DNA of 64,000 nucleotides from Roseibacillus sp. (GTDB lineage: Bacteria > Verrucomicrobiota > Verrucomicrobiia > Verrucomicrobiales > Akkermansiaceae). A program made the position numbers and the translations under genes. Positions 1 to 9,646 of the stretch are shown here, piece after piece (position 1 is the stretch's first letter; each line of letters starts with the position of its first letter). The notes beneath the pieces are model-generated. The model was not told the origin of the DNA. It saw only the letters and a list, made by a program, of their open reading frames with translations, and searched no databases. The DNA lies in contig JBPOGI010000007.1 of NCBI GenBank assembly GCA_051251855.1, forward strand, positions 160,001 to 224,000. The letters run 5' to 3'.

Positions 1-2301
1 ATCCCCAGCCAGATTTTTGACCGCAACGGCGTCCTCATTGGCCGTTCTTACGAGGAAAACCGTTCACTGGTGACCATCGACAAAATTCCTTCCGTCTTCA
101 TCAACGCCCTCCTCGCTCAGGAGGATCAGCGCTTTTGGCAACACAAAGGCGTCGACTGGACGGGTGTCTTGCGCGCTGTTTACCTAAACGTCAAAGCCGG
201 CGAAACGACTCAGGGAGCCAGCACCATTACCATGCAACTGGCCCGCAACGCCTTCAACCTGCAGAAAGAGGCTGATGAACGCGGCGAGTCCGGTATCGAG
301 CGCAAGATCGTAGAAGCATTTGTCGCTACCGAAATCGAGAAAACCTACGTTGGCAAGGTCTCTCCCGACGAGAGGGTCACTCGCAAGCGGAAGCTGCTCG
401 AGATGTATCTCAATCGCGTCCACTTCGGCAAAGGCTATTACGGCATCCGTGCTGCCGCGCTGGGATTCTTTGGAAAAGAGCCCGAGGACCTTTCTATCTC
501 CGAGAGTGCCTCCCTCGTAGCTTGTATTAAAAATCCCTACTGGATTAACCCCATCAAGAATCCCGAGCGTAACCAGAAGGATCGCAACCATGTCTTCACC
601 CGTATGTTCGCGGAAGGAACCATCCCTTCCCGCGAAGAATACGAGCGTCTCTCGGCTGCCCCTGTGGTCACCAATCCCCGACCACTCCGCCGAGGCACTT
701 CCCACCTTTACGATAAAGTAGTCGCCCTGACTCGAGATGTCGTGGGTGACGACGCCATGTCCCGCGGTGGCTTCTCCATCTACACGACCGTCGACAAGAA
801 AGTGCAGGAATCGGCCCGCCAAAGCCTCCGCGAACAACTCCTAGAAATAGAACAAGTCGAAGGTTACAGCCATCCCCTTCTCTCCGAACATAAACGAGAA
901 GATCTAGAAGCCCCTGAGTATCTTCAAGGAGCCGTCCTTGTGACAGACAGTAGCACGGGAGCAGTCATCGCGCACGTGGGTGGCCGCGAGTTCTTACACT
1001 CACAATACGACTTCATCGAGTCCGGCCGTCGCCCCATCGGCACCGCTTTCTTGCCCGTTGTCTACGCAGCGGCTTTTGAAAACGGACGCTCACCCGCCAC
1101 CTTACTTGACGACCTCCCTATTGATGCTCGCGAAGTCGCACTGGGAGGATCAGAAGGAATTCTCGGCGAATGGGGTATCGAGATCATGGACCCCGTTTAC
1201 GAGGGAGAAATCACCTGTCGGCAAGCCCTACGCGATTCCAAGATTGCCGCCAGTGTACGACTGGGATTGGACGTCGGGGTCGCCACCGTGGCCAACCAAG
1301 CGAAAAAGTTTGGCCTTCCTCTCGAGTCTGGCGAAATGCTGGCCCGCCTCCTCCTCGGTTGGGAGCAAAATTCCCTTTGGCAAGTATCTCGCATGTATTC
1401 CTCCTTTGCCCGCAACGGCCAAGCACCTAAGAATCTCTACTACATCGAGAGCATCAAAGACATCGATGGCAAAGAAGTTTACCGAGCACCTCGCACTAAA
1501 TCAGAAACAGAAGAAGTCTGCTCCTCCTCCTCAGCTTTCCAAGTGCACTCCATCCTCGCAGACACTACCCGCAAAGGCAACCTGAGTGGCAAAGCCGGGG
1601 GCCTCGTAGAGCCCGAGTTCTCCATTGTAAAAACAGGCACTAGCCACAACTTCTCCGATGCCTGGTCCGTCGGCTACAACGGTCAGCTGACCTGCGGCGT
1701 CTGGGTCGGATTTTTAGAAGGTCGCAAACCCATCTACGATTACGCCTTCTCCAAAGAAGCCTCCTTACCCATCTGGACCGATACCATGAACACCGTGGCC
1801 AACGAGTTTCCTGGTGAGCGTATCCGCATGCCCGCAACTCTTACCGCAGTTGGCCTTTGTCAGCGCTCAGGACGCAAAGTCACCCGCTATTGTTACGACA
1901 GTGTCTTTGATCCTGAGCTTGGAGTCAGCCTCGCCTCCACTTCCTACCCCGAGTATTTACGGGTAGGAGAAGCCGAAGTCGGGCTTTGCCCAGTACATGG
2001 CGCTGGAGGGGTCACCCCTTCCGCTAAATTCGCTCCCGATACCGAAGGCCTGCGCCAGCGACGACTTTCTGTCACCCCCATTCAAGTCCTCGCCACCGCG
2101 CTTCTTGGCGATGACCCCTATGGTTCCAAGACCCCGACCCCAGCGAAAGTGGAAGAAGAGGAAGAACCCCAGGAAGAAGATGGCGACTCTCTTGTCAGTA
2201 AAAAAGCTAGTTTCGTCGCCAAAGAAACTCGAAAAGGTGAAAGGGAAGCGACCATCAAATTGCGACCTCCTCCTCGCATCCCCATTTCGGACGAACTATG
2301 A
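1..2301 (+). CDS. Class A penicillin-binding protein (transglycosylase + transpeptidase-like domain), 5'-partial
   Basis: Frame is open from base 1 (IPSQIFDRNG...). GT51 motifs EDQRFWQHKG, GASTITMQLARN and RKIVE; KTGT motif in the TP domain. SxxK and SxN appear degenerate (see findings). Confidence 0.9.
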   Translation: MPSQIFDRNGVLIGRSYEENRSLVTIDKIPSVFINALLAQEDQRFWQHKGVDWTGVLRAVYLNVKAGETTQGASTITMQLARNAFNLQKEADERGESGIERKIVEAFVATEIEKTYVGKVSPDERVTRKRKLLEMYLNRVHFGKGYYGIRAAALGFFGKEPEDLSISESASLVACIKNPYWINPIKNPERNQKDRNHVFTRMFAEGTIPSREEYERLSAAPVVTNPRPLRRGTSHLYDKVVALTRDVVGDDAMSRGGFSIYTTVDKKVQESARQSLREQLLEIEQVEGYSHPLLSEHKREDLEAPEYLQGAVLVTDSSTGAVIAHVGGREFLHSQYDFIESGRRPIGTAFLPVVYAAAFENGRSPATLLDDLPIDAREVALGGSEGILGEWGIEIMDPVYEGEITCRQALRDSKIAASVRLGLDVGVATVANQAKKFGLPLESGEMLARLLLGWEQNSLWQVSRMYSSFARNGQAPKNLYYIESIKDIDGKEVYRAPRTKSETEEVCSSSSAFQVHSILADTTRKGNLSGKAGGLVEPEFSIVKTGTSHNFSDAWSVGYNGQLTCGVWVGFLEGRKPIYDYAFSKEASLPIWTDTMNTVANEFPGERIRMPATLTAVGLCQRSGRKVTRYCYDSVFDPELGVSLASTSYPEYLRVGEAEVGLCPVHGAGGVTPSAKFAPDTEGLRQRRLSVTPIQVLATALLGDDPYGSKTPTPAKVEEEEEPQEEDGDSLVSKKASFVAKETRKGEREATIKLRPPPRIPISDEL

Positions 2302-3419
2302 ACGAATCATCGCAGGAGCCTCTCGACTCCACAGGCTCCTGGGCGCCCTTCATGTGCCCCTCGTGTAGAGGCCTTTTTCGCTCTCCGACGGACAAAGCGG
2401 GTGACGCTCAATGCCCCCTTTGTGAATTGGACCTTACTGTCCCACGAGGAAAGCCTCCAGCCCGCAGCCAGGAAACTCCTGAGGTAAGCCCAACTCGAAA
2501 ACGAAGACGAAGTTCGAAAGCCAAGCGTCACAATTGGGAGAACGCACAGTCTCAACCCCAAAGTCGCGGCACTTCCAAAGGAATCATCTTCACTTCAATT
2601 TTCCTATCTTCTATCGTACTTGTAGCAGCGGTATTGCTTCTCCTCAAGGACAAGGAACGACGCCTAGGCTCTCCTCAAAAAGAGAGCCCCCTTTCTGAGG
2701 GGGGCCGAAGTCTCGACTCACCTTCGAGAGACTCCTTCTTTGACTTTTCGACGAAGTCGGCAAACAAGGCAAAAGAACCACTGTTAGAGATCGAGACCGC
2801 TGACCTTCAAATGGCTCGGGAAGCTGCCAGCGCCTTTCTCAGCTGTGAGAGTATCGACGAACTTGCTCCTCTGATTCGAGACCCTGAGCGAGTCATGCCC
2901 TTGCTTCGAGAGTTCTACCGACAAACACCCTACCAAGCCACTGAGGCCATTGCAGTTGACGAAGAAGGAGTCGCTCAAGTTGCCAAACGTTTTACGAGCT
3001 TCAACATCGTCCTCAAAGACTACTCCACGCGAGCCATAGCTGTTGAGCTAACCAAGACCGAAGCCCTCGTCGACTGGGAAAGCTGGGTGGGATATTGCGC
3101 CATCCCTTGGGAAACATTTGTGGAGTCAAAAATTACCGAACCAACGGAAGTTCGTGTCGAAGTCAAGCGTGCCTATTACTACAATTTCAACTTCAGAGAC
3201 GACAGTAAATGGGCCTGCTTCCGGCTCGCAACAACGAGCGATGCCCCCGTCATTTATGGTTACGCACCCCTCACTGAGGATTTTGTCAGCAAGCTCCCAG
3301 GCGCGAGTAAGCCAGGGGCCACATTTGTCCTCAAAATTCGTTTTCCTGACACTGCAGTCACCTCAAACCAGGTCATCATTACCGACTTCCTTCAGTCAGG
3401 CTGGGTCCTCGGCCTTTAG
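2298..3419 (+). CDS. Hypothetical membrane-anchored protein with N-terminal zinc ribbon
   Basis: CPSC...CPLC, single TM helix (IIFTSIFLSSIVLVAAVLLLL); start overlaps the PBP stop (ATGA). Confidence 0.75.
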   Translation: MNESSQEPLDSTGSWAPFMCPSCRGLFRSPTDKAGDAQCPLCELDLTVPRGKPPARSQETPEVSPTRKRRRSSKAKRHNWENAQSQPQSRGTSKGIIFTSIFLSSIVLVAAVLLLLKDKERRLGSPQKESPLSEGGRSLDSPSRDSFFDFSTKSANKAKEPLLEIETADLQMAREAASAFLSCESIDELAPLIRDPERVMPLLREFYRQTPYQATEAIAVDEEGVAQVAKRFTSFNIVLKDYSTRAIAVELTKTEALVDWESWVGYCAIPWETFVESKITEPTEVRVEVKRAYYYNFNFRDDSKWACFRLATTSDAPVIYGYAPLTEDFVSKLPGASKPGATFVLKIRFPDTAVTSNQVIITDFLQSGWVLGL

Positions 3420-3438
3420 AAATATTTACCCCATCCCC

Positions 3439-4782
3439 ATGACTCCCCTAGAGAAAGCCCTTCAACTCAATTTAGACCCCTCAATCTACGGGGTTTTTGC
3501 CGAAATTGGCGCCGGCCAAGAAGTCGCCAACTGGTTCTTTCGCGCCTCAGCTTCAGCAGGAACCGTCGCCAAATCGATTTCGGCCTATGACATGACCATG
3601 AGCGATGCCATCTACGGGAAATCTAGTAGATACGTCTCGCGAGAACGAGTGAAAGCCATGCTCGATCATGAATACCAAGTTCTCACCGAACGCCTCACTC
3701 CCCAACGAGGAGACAACTCCACCTTCTTTTCCTACTGCAATACCGTTCGTGCTCGGGGCTATAATGATACTGCTGAGTGCCATGGCTGGATGGGATTGCG
3801 CATGCAAACTAAACCTGGAGGACCTGCTGGAGACATCCTCCTGCACGTCCGCCTTCTTGATGACGAAAATGTCGACCAGATGGAGGCTCTTGGCACGGTG
3901 GGTCTCAACCTCATTCACGGAGCCTTTCACCACCGCGACAGCCTCGAAGACTTCGTAGCCCGCCTCGTAGACGGCTTGGCTCCAGGAAGGGTCGAGATCG
4001 ATATGCTCAAGTTCATTGGTGAACCATTCCATTACATCGACAATCGGATCTGTGCCCTTCAGCTCGTGACCGGCGGCCTTACCAAAACAGCCATGTTCCT
4101 TCCTGATGGCGATGTCGTGCAGCCTGCAGAGGTTCTCTACAAAAAGTCCGTTCTCCTTTTGCGTGGCTCCTTCAACCCAGTCACCAATCTACACCTTGAT
4201 ATGTTGGAGCAGGCTAAGGAAAATTTCCACGCCGATGAGAACGTCATGGAGATTTGCGAAATCTCCATGAACAACCTCCTCCGTGGAGAGGACATCGACT
4301 ATCTGAACTTCTTGGACCGCGTGGATGTCTTACAGGCCTTGGGCAAGACCGTAGTGATCTCAAATTGCCCCGAATTCTACCGAGTGGTGGCTATCTTACG
4401 GCGCTACACAAAAGAGCCCGTCGGCGTGATTCTATCTATTGGGCTCCTCAACGAGCTCTTTAAGGAGAAATGGTCTCAGCACTTAGATGGAGGCATTTTG
4501 GAATCCTTCGGACGTCTCTTCAAAGACCAGGTCAGACTGCTTGTCTCCCCATGGAAAAACCGAAAGACAGGAGACTTCGTCACCGCAGAGAACTTCCACG
4601 CCCCCGAGAAATTCACCGCGTTTTATCAGTTTCTTTATTCGAACGGTTACATTGTTGATCTCCCTTGCGGCGACGCCACCCTCCTCGATTGGACACCGCG
4701 CGACCTTCAGGAAATGAAGGAGCAAGGCAATCCCGCTTGGACCGACCTCGTCCCCACAGAAGCTCAACTCACCCCTTCTTAG
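3439..4782 (+). CDS. Nicotinate-nucleotide adenylyltransferase-like protein
   Basis: ATG at 3439 (MTPLEKALQLN...); FAEIGAGQEV and KSISAYDM N-terminal motifs; nucleotidyltransferase-like LRGSFNPVTNLH. Confidence 0.7.
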   Translation: MTPLEKALQLNLDPSIYGVFAEIGAGQEVANWFFRASASAGTVAKSISAYDMTMSDAIYGKSSRYVSRERVKAMLDHEYQVLTERLTPQRGDNSTFFSYCNTVRARGYNDTAECHGWMGLRMQTKPGGPAGDILLHVRLLDDENVDQMEALGTVGLNLIHGAFHHRDSLEDFVARLVDGLAPGRVEIDMLKFIGEPFHYIDNRICALQLVTGGLTKTAMFLPDGDVVQPAEVLYKKSVLLLRGSFNPVTNLHLDMLEQAKENFHADENVMEICEISMNNLLRGEDIDYLNFLDRVDVLQALGKTVVISNCPEFYRVVAILRRYTKEPVGVILSIGLLNELFKEKWSQHLDGGILESFGRLFKDQVRLLVSPWKNRKTGDFVTAENFHAPEKFTAFYQFLYSNGYIVDLPCGDATLLDWTPRDLQEMKEQGNPAWTDLVPTEAQLTPS

Positions 4783-4790
4783 TTTGCACC

Positions 4791-5702
4791 ATGAACTCAT
4801 CTTCGCCCGTCACCCGACGCGCTGCCCTGCTGGCCAAAGTATTCTGCATCTTCCCGATATACTCCGGATGCGGCAATATTGCGAACAAACCATTGTTACA
4901 ATCCTTGCTGCCTGATCCCGGCCCGGTTTGGTGTCGTTGCCGATGGGGCTCGTGGCTCCAATGCTACCTCAATGACTACGTAGGAAACTCCGTCTTCTAC
5001 TTCGGGGACCTCGATCCGAAGCTGAGCTGGATCATGCAAAAAACCCTCCGACCCGGAGACCAGTTTATTGACGTCGGTGCCAATATCGGGCTCCTTACCT
5101 TTTTAGGTTCGCAGCTCGTTGGTGATTCCGGCCGAGTCCTCGCTGTCGAACCTCAACCAAAAGTGATCTCCTGCCTCGAAAATGCCCTCGAACGAAACGA
5201 GAGTAAAAACATCACCCTTGCGCGCTGTGGCGTGGGACAAGAACCCGGACAACTCGACCTTCATGTCCCTGCCGGAAACCTCGGCTCAGCATCCTTCGCC
5301 GAGCTTCCAGGCGAAGCGACCGAAAGCTTCCAGGTTCCCGTGCGGACCCTTACCGACTTGCTCCAAGAGCACGATTTTCAAAGCGCGCGCCTGGTCAAAT
5401 TGGACGTCGAAGACTGGGAAGCCGAAGTGATCGCTGGTGCCGAAGAGGTTTGGAAAGACTCCCCCCCTCCGGGAATCATCTTTGAGTTCCGTGAAAAGAA
5501 GCGCATCCCTGACACCGAAGTCGGCAGACGCTTGACCGCCCTCGGCTATCACTTCTACCGCATCCCCCGCAATTGGTTTCGACCTCAGCTCATACGCAGT
5601 GACGAAGGCTTCTCCAAAGAAGTCACGCACGACGTCTTTGCAGTACACGAGTCCACCTCTTGCTTAGACTTGGGCTTTTCGGAACGAGAAATTGTCGAGT
5701 AG
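4791..5702 (+). CDS. FkbM family methyltransferase
   Basis: FIDVGANIG, VLAVEP and LVKLDVE motifs; ATG at 4791 chosen over the upstream in-frame extension. Confidence 0.85.
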   Translation: MNSSSPVTRRAALLAKVFCIFPIYSGCGNIANKPLLQSLLPDPGPVWCRCRWGSWLQCYLNDYVGNSVFYFGDLDPKLSWIMQKTLRPGDQFIDVGANIGLLTFLGSQLVGDSGRVLAVEPQPKVISCLENALERNESKNITLARCGVGQEPGQLDLHVPAGNLGSASFAELPGEATESFQVPVRTLTDLLQEHDFQSARLVKLDVEDWEAEVIAGAEEVWKDSPPPGIIFEFREKKRIPDTEVGRRLTALGYHFYRIPRNWFRPQLIRSDEGFSKEVTHDVFAVHESTSCLDLGFSEREIVE

Positions 5703-5713
5703 ACTTCCCAAAA

Positions 5714-6145
5714 ATGAATCCAGCCGTTCCCCCTCTCCCCAACAAGGATGATGAACACCTCAAGATTCTTTCGATTTTCCACTACGTTATGGCGGGACTG
5801 TTGGCGCCGACCATTTTCGTTCTCATCGCTCAATTTTTGATGCTGGATAGCCTGATGACGAACCCAGGCTTCTGGGGAGGCAACGCAGACCCTCCTCCTC
5901 AGGAAGCTCTTGGTATTATTCGCGCCTTCTTTGTCGTGACCGGATTTTTCATCCTCCTCATCGTCGTTCTCAACATCCTTTGCGCCCGTGATTTAAGAAC
6001 CAACAACAACCGCACCCTTTCCCTCATTGTTTCAGGTGTCAATTGCCTGAACTTTCCGCTCGGCACCACCCTCGGAGTCTTCACCCTTATTGTTCTCATG
6101 CGCCCTTCAGTCATTCAGCGCTATCAGTTCAAGCAACCCTACTAA
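5714..6145 (+). CDS. Hypothetical membrane protein
   Basis: DEHLKILSIFHYV and NCLNFPLGTTLGVFTLIVL hydrophobic segments; ATG at 5714. Confidence 0.75.
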   Translation: MNPAVPPLPNKDDEHLKILSIFHYVMAGLLAPTIFVLIAQFLMLDSLMTNPGFWGGNADPPPQEALGIIRAFFVVTGFFILLIVVLNILCARDLRTNNNRTLSLIVSGVNCLNFPLGTTLGVFTLIVLMRPSVIQRYQFKQPY

Positions 6146-6250
6146 CTTTTCCTTTTCAGGAAGCGGTCGACTCTTCCTGACCATCAGCAGCCCCCACTCA
6201 CAAGATTCGGACTTGGGGTTTCCCTATCCTTTCCCTAGCCTCTGCCTCAG

Positions 6251-7552
6251 ATGAATTTCCTCGACGCCTCCGCCGTGCTGCTCACCTTGGCCGCACTCTT
6301 TGCCTACTTAAATCACCGCTTCATCAAACTTCCGACAGCCATCGGAATCATGCTCATCGGGCTCTTCTTCAGCATCACCTTCATCCTCTTCGGCGACTTC
6401 ATCCCTGTCATCTCTTCCGCTGCAGATAGATTCGTCGAAGGCATCGACTTCGATACCACCCTCATGCAAGGCATGCTCAGCTACTTGCTCTTTGCGGGAG
6501 CTCTCCATGTCAACCTCAACGACCTCAAGGACCAAAAAGCACTGGTCGCCATCCTCGCCAGCGTGGGCGTCATCTCCTCAACCTTCATGGTCGGAGGGGT
6601 CTTCTACTACCTCTTTCCCCTCTTCGGCTATCAAGTCCCCTTCATTTGGTGCCTTGTCTTCGGTTCCATCGTCTCTCCCACCGATCCAGTTGCCGTATTA
6701 GGAATTCTCAAAAGCGCCAAAGCGCCCAAGACCCTCGAAACCAAAATCACTGGAGAAAGCCTCTTTAACGATGGCGTTGGCGTCGTCGTCTACCTAGCCC
6801 TCCTTGGCCTTGCGGTCAGCGCAGGTGGTCATGGTGATGAGGCCCATGGTGCCCACGGCGACACTGGTGCTATGGGCATCGCCAAACTCTTCGTTTGGGA
6901 AGCCGGGGTTGGGATTCTCTGGGGAGGTGCTCTCGGGCTTGTCGGCTACTTCCTCCTTCGCTCCATCGATAATTATCAGGTCGAAGTGCTTATCACTCTC
7001 GCTCTGGTCACTGGCGGCTATCGGGCTGCTTCCGCAATGCACATTTCTGGCCCCCTTGCCATGGTCGTCGCGGGCCTCATGATCGGCAACCACGGTCGTC
7101 TTCTCGCCATGAGCGACACGACCCGTATCCACCTCGACAAATTCTGGGAACTCATCGACGAAATCCTCAATGCCGTCCTCTTTCTCCTCATTGGTCTCGA
7201 ACTTTTCGTTCTTAAGCTCTCCGGTCCCGCCATCACCGCAGGACTCGTCGCCATTATGATTGGACTCGGCGCTCGCTTTCTTGCGGTCTGGCTCCCTGTC
7301 ACCCTTCTCAAGCGAACACGCACCTTCTCTCCAGGTGTGATTCGAGTCCTCACCTGGGGAGGGATTCGTGGCGGAATCTCTGTTGCCCTCGCCCTTGGGC
7401 TTCCCAAGGACTCCGATTACCGCGACCTCTTTCTCGTCATGACCTATGTCGTCGTCATTTTCTCCATCTCAGTTCAGGGGCTGACGCTTGGTCCTGTCGT
7501 TAGAAAGCTCGTCACTTCTCAATCGGGTCCAGATCCTGAGAATTCTCATTAA
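6251..7552 (+). CDS. Na+/H+ antiporter, CPA1 (NhaP-type)
   Basis: Polytopic; SPTDPVAV, GESLFNDG and WGGIRGGIS motifs. Confidence 0.92.
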   Translation: MNFLDASAVLLTLAALFAYLNHRFIKLPTAIGIMLIGLFFSITFILFGDFIPVISSAADRFVEGIDFDTTLMQGMLSYLLFAGALHVNLNDLKDQKALVAILASVGVISSTFMVGGVFYYLFPLFGYQVPFIWCLVFGSIVSPTDPVAVLGILKSAKAPKTLETKITGESLFNDGVGVVVYLALLGLAVSAGGHGDEAHGAHGDTGAMGIAKLFVWEAGVGILWGGALGLVGYFLLRSIDNYQVEVLITLALVTGGYRAASAMHISGPLAMVVAGLMIGNHGRLLAMSDTTRIHLDKFWELIDEILNAVLFLLIGLELFVLKLSGPAITAGLVAIMIGLGARFLAVWLPVTLLKRTRTFSPGVIRVLTWGGIRGGISVALALGLPKDSDYRDLFLVMTYVVVIFSISVQGLTLGPVVRKLVTSQSGPDPENSH

Positions 7553-7617
7553 TTGAAAATTCCTCGCAAGATTCTCTTGCCAATTTCCCGCTCACCCTTT
7601 AACACTCGCCGCCCACT

Positions 7618-7705
7618 GCTCGGGTGGCGGAATTGGTAGACGCGCCAGACTAAGGATCTGGTGTCCTTTACGGATGTGGGGGTTCGAGTCCCCCCTCGAG
7701 CACCA
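7618..7705 (+). tRNA. tRNA-Leu, anticodon AAG
   Basis: Acceptor stem GCTCGGG/CTCGAGC, D-loop GGAATTGGTAGAC, anticodon stem CCAGA/TCTGG with loop CTAAGGA, long variable arm, T-arm GGGGG-TTCGAGT-CCCCC, discriminator A and encoded CCA. Confidence 0.95.
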
Positions 7706-7713
7706 TCTTTTTT

Positions 7714-7750
7714 GAGGGACTTGTGAAAAATCACAAGTCCCTCTTTTTTT
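7714..7750 (+). terminator. Rho-independent terminator after tRNA-Leu
   Basis: Perfect stem GAGGGACTTGTGA/TCACAAGTCCCTC followed by T7. Confidence 0.85.
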
Positions 7751-7933
7751 GGGCTAATGTCTTCTTCCCCAGAAATCTCAAAACTTATGCACGATATCGA
7801 GCTGGCTAAGTCTGCATTTTGCTCGAAACGACCGCTTTCCACGGCACCCGATAGAGACTCAATATGCGGTATCTGAAGATACTCGGAGCCTGCGAGTCAA
7901 GATTGACACAACGCAAGCAAATCGAGAGCCCTG

Positions 7934-8032
7934 ATGACCACACAAGAGAAAACTAGCGAAGTCATCGACGCGCTCCGCCACGCCTACGAGATGGAAATTG
8001 AAACCGTTGAAAACTATCTGGCCGCTTTTTGA
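7934..8032 (+). pseudogene. Truncated ferritin-like protein N-terminus
   Basis: MTTQEKTSEVIDALRHAYEMEIETVENYLAAF* resembles helix A of ferritin/bacterioferritin-like proteins; stops after 32 aa. Confidence 0.5.
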
Positions 8033-8062
8033 AACAGTCTTGTCAAACTTCTCCGCTTCGCC

Positions 8063-8665
8063 TCAGAAAAGCTCGTCCTGAATGAGTCCTTGAGGCTTCT
8101 TAAGAAGCGGGTTTTCACACTCGCGAATCGTAAGGACTCCCTCAGCTACTTCTTGCAAAACCTCCTCCCCTGATAAATATCTCGCCGAATCCTCGGCACT
8201 TAGAACGACCGGCATGCGATGATGAATCGGTAACACTAACCGATTCGCCATCATCGTAAGCATGGAGAAACAGCGCCCAAATTCCGGCTGCTCTTCCCAT
8301 ATTCCCGCCATCCACAGTAACTCGCCATCAGGGCTCTCAAAACGATAGCTCTGCTTTTTCCCCTCCGGTCCTTTCCATTCAAAATAACCCGCCACCGGAA
8401 TCAAACACCGCCTCGTCTGATAAGACTCCCGCCACATTGAACTCTCCAAATTGTCTACCCGCGAATTATTCACCACCCCTATATTTTTTCGGCGAAAACC
8501 CCAACTCATCATCTCCACCTCTCCATCACTTCTCACAACCGGCGCAGCATCTGTTCGACGAATCAACCGGCGCTCCACAAACGCCTCAAGTTCCTTCACC
8601 GCTTCTTCCTTGAGAGAACCCGAGAAACTCCCTGTTTTCCCCCCCATCTCATAAGCATTGCACAT
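8063..8665 (-). CDS. SOS response-associated peptidase (SRAP/YedK family, abasic-site protection)
   Basis: N-terminal MC, NNSRVD, RRCLIPVAGYFEW and IHHRMPVVL motifs. Confidence 0.92.
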   Translation of the reverse strand: MCNAYEMGGKTGSFSGSLKEEAVKELEAFVERRLIRRTDAAPVVRSDGEVEMMSWGFRRKNIGVVNNSRVDNLESSMWRESYQTRRCLIPVAGYFEWKGPEGKKQSYRFESPDGELLWMAGIWEEQPEFGRCFSMLTMMANRLVLPIHHRMPVVLSAEDSARYLSGEEVLQEVAEGVLTIRECENPLLKKPQGLIQDELF

Positions 8666-8867
8666 CCTACTTTCACTTTAATGCAGTCACTCCTTGGCCG
8701 CCACGCTCAAAAACGATCTTATCGAGTCCAAAAGATAAAAGCGTCTTGCGGATGAGAATTCGTCGCGAGTCTCCTTTCTTCCTGCTAAAAAACAACACCT
8801 GTTCGTCTCAGTGACCACTCCGCAACCTCTGCGACTCTGCGTTGCACGAACCACCCTCTACCCTCTC

Positions 8868-9377
8868 ATGATTCCCGACAACGCCGTCCTCCAGCTCGCC
8901 TCCCTCCTGATTGCCAAAGAACCCACCCCCGACCTCTTAGCTACTCTTCAAAACCCCGCCGTCAGCGAAATACTCATCGCCCTCGAGCCCTCAGCCAAAG
9001 AACTCCTCACCCGCCCTTGGACCGAAAAAGACTACGAAGAAGCCGCCGTCGAATTCTGCCGTCTCTTCATCCTCAACCCCGCCGTCCCTGCTCGCGCTGC
9101 TGCATGGATCGAAGACAAACCCGACGAGATCGCAGGCCGCATCCAATTCATGCTCGACCAAGGCTTCCTCACCCTGCCCGAACCCTATGCCAACCTCACC
9201 CCCGACCACCTCTCCGTCCTCCTCATCATCCAATGCTCTCTAGGCGAAGAAGACGACGGTCAATTCTGGGCCGACAACCTCGCCCCCTGGCTACCACGCT
9301 TCGGTAAAAGGCTCCGCAAAGACTCCCACTCCCCCCTCTACCGCCTCGTCGGTCATCTTCTGAAAACCACCCACTAA
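8868..9377 (+). CDS. TorD/DmsD family molecular chaperone
   Basis: EFCRLF, TPDHLSVLL (E/TPDH motif), LAPWLPRF and HSPLYR pattern; ATG at 8868. Confidence 0.7.
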   Translation: MIPDNAVLQLASLLIAKEPTPDLLATLQNPAVSEILIALEPSAKELLTRPWTEKDYEEAAVEFCRLFILNPAVPARAAAWIEDKPDEIAGRIQFMLDQGFLTLPEPYANLTPDHLSVLLIIQCSLGEEDDGQFWADNLAPWLPRFGKRLRKDSHSPLYRLVGHLLKTTH

Positions 9378-9598
9378 AGGGAGGGCATCGACGGCCCCGC
9401 CGCGCAGCAACTCACCATTGATTAATCCGCAGCTTTTTCTAGTCGCTGAAAAAACGTCTTGGATAGAAGAGACCTCTCTTCCCATCTCACCTTCAGCCTC
9501 AAGAATGAAAGTCCCGTCCGTTTGGAAAAGAAATGGCCTCCCAATAACTAATCAAGCGGTCCGAGCCTATACAGTTCCAGCAATCTAACCTTTCCAAC

Positions 9599-9617
9599 CG
9601 CGACCTATTTTGTCGCG
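9599..9617. promoter_or_regulatory. Putative WYL regulator operator (CGCGAC-N7-GTCGCG)
   Basis: Perfect 6-bp arms with 7-bp spacer, 30 bp upstream of the WYL gene; same geometry as DriD-type CGAC-N7-GTCG boxes. Confidence 0.75.
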
Positions 9618-9646
9618 ACCTCACGGCATCCTGACATCATCACGCT

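Noticed and set aside
3118..3438. Upstream extensions of ORFs 3118, 4665, 10389, 13438 and 16638 in the ORF track
   Set aside because: They overlap upstream genes or lack family-like sequence; downstream ATGs fit operon spacing better.
8822..8846. TGCGAC-TCTGC-GTTGCA upstream of the TorD-like gene as a fourth WYL box
   Set aside because: Spacer is 5 rather than 7 bp and the arms are mismatched.
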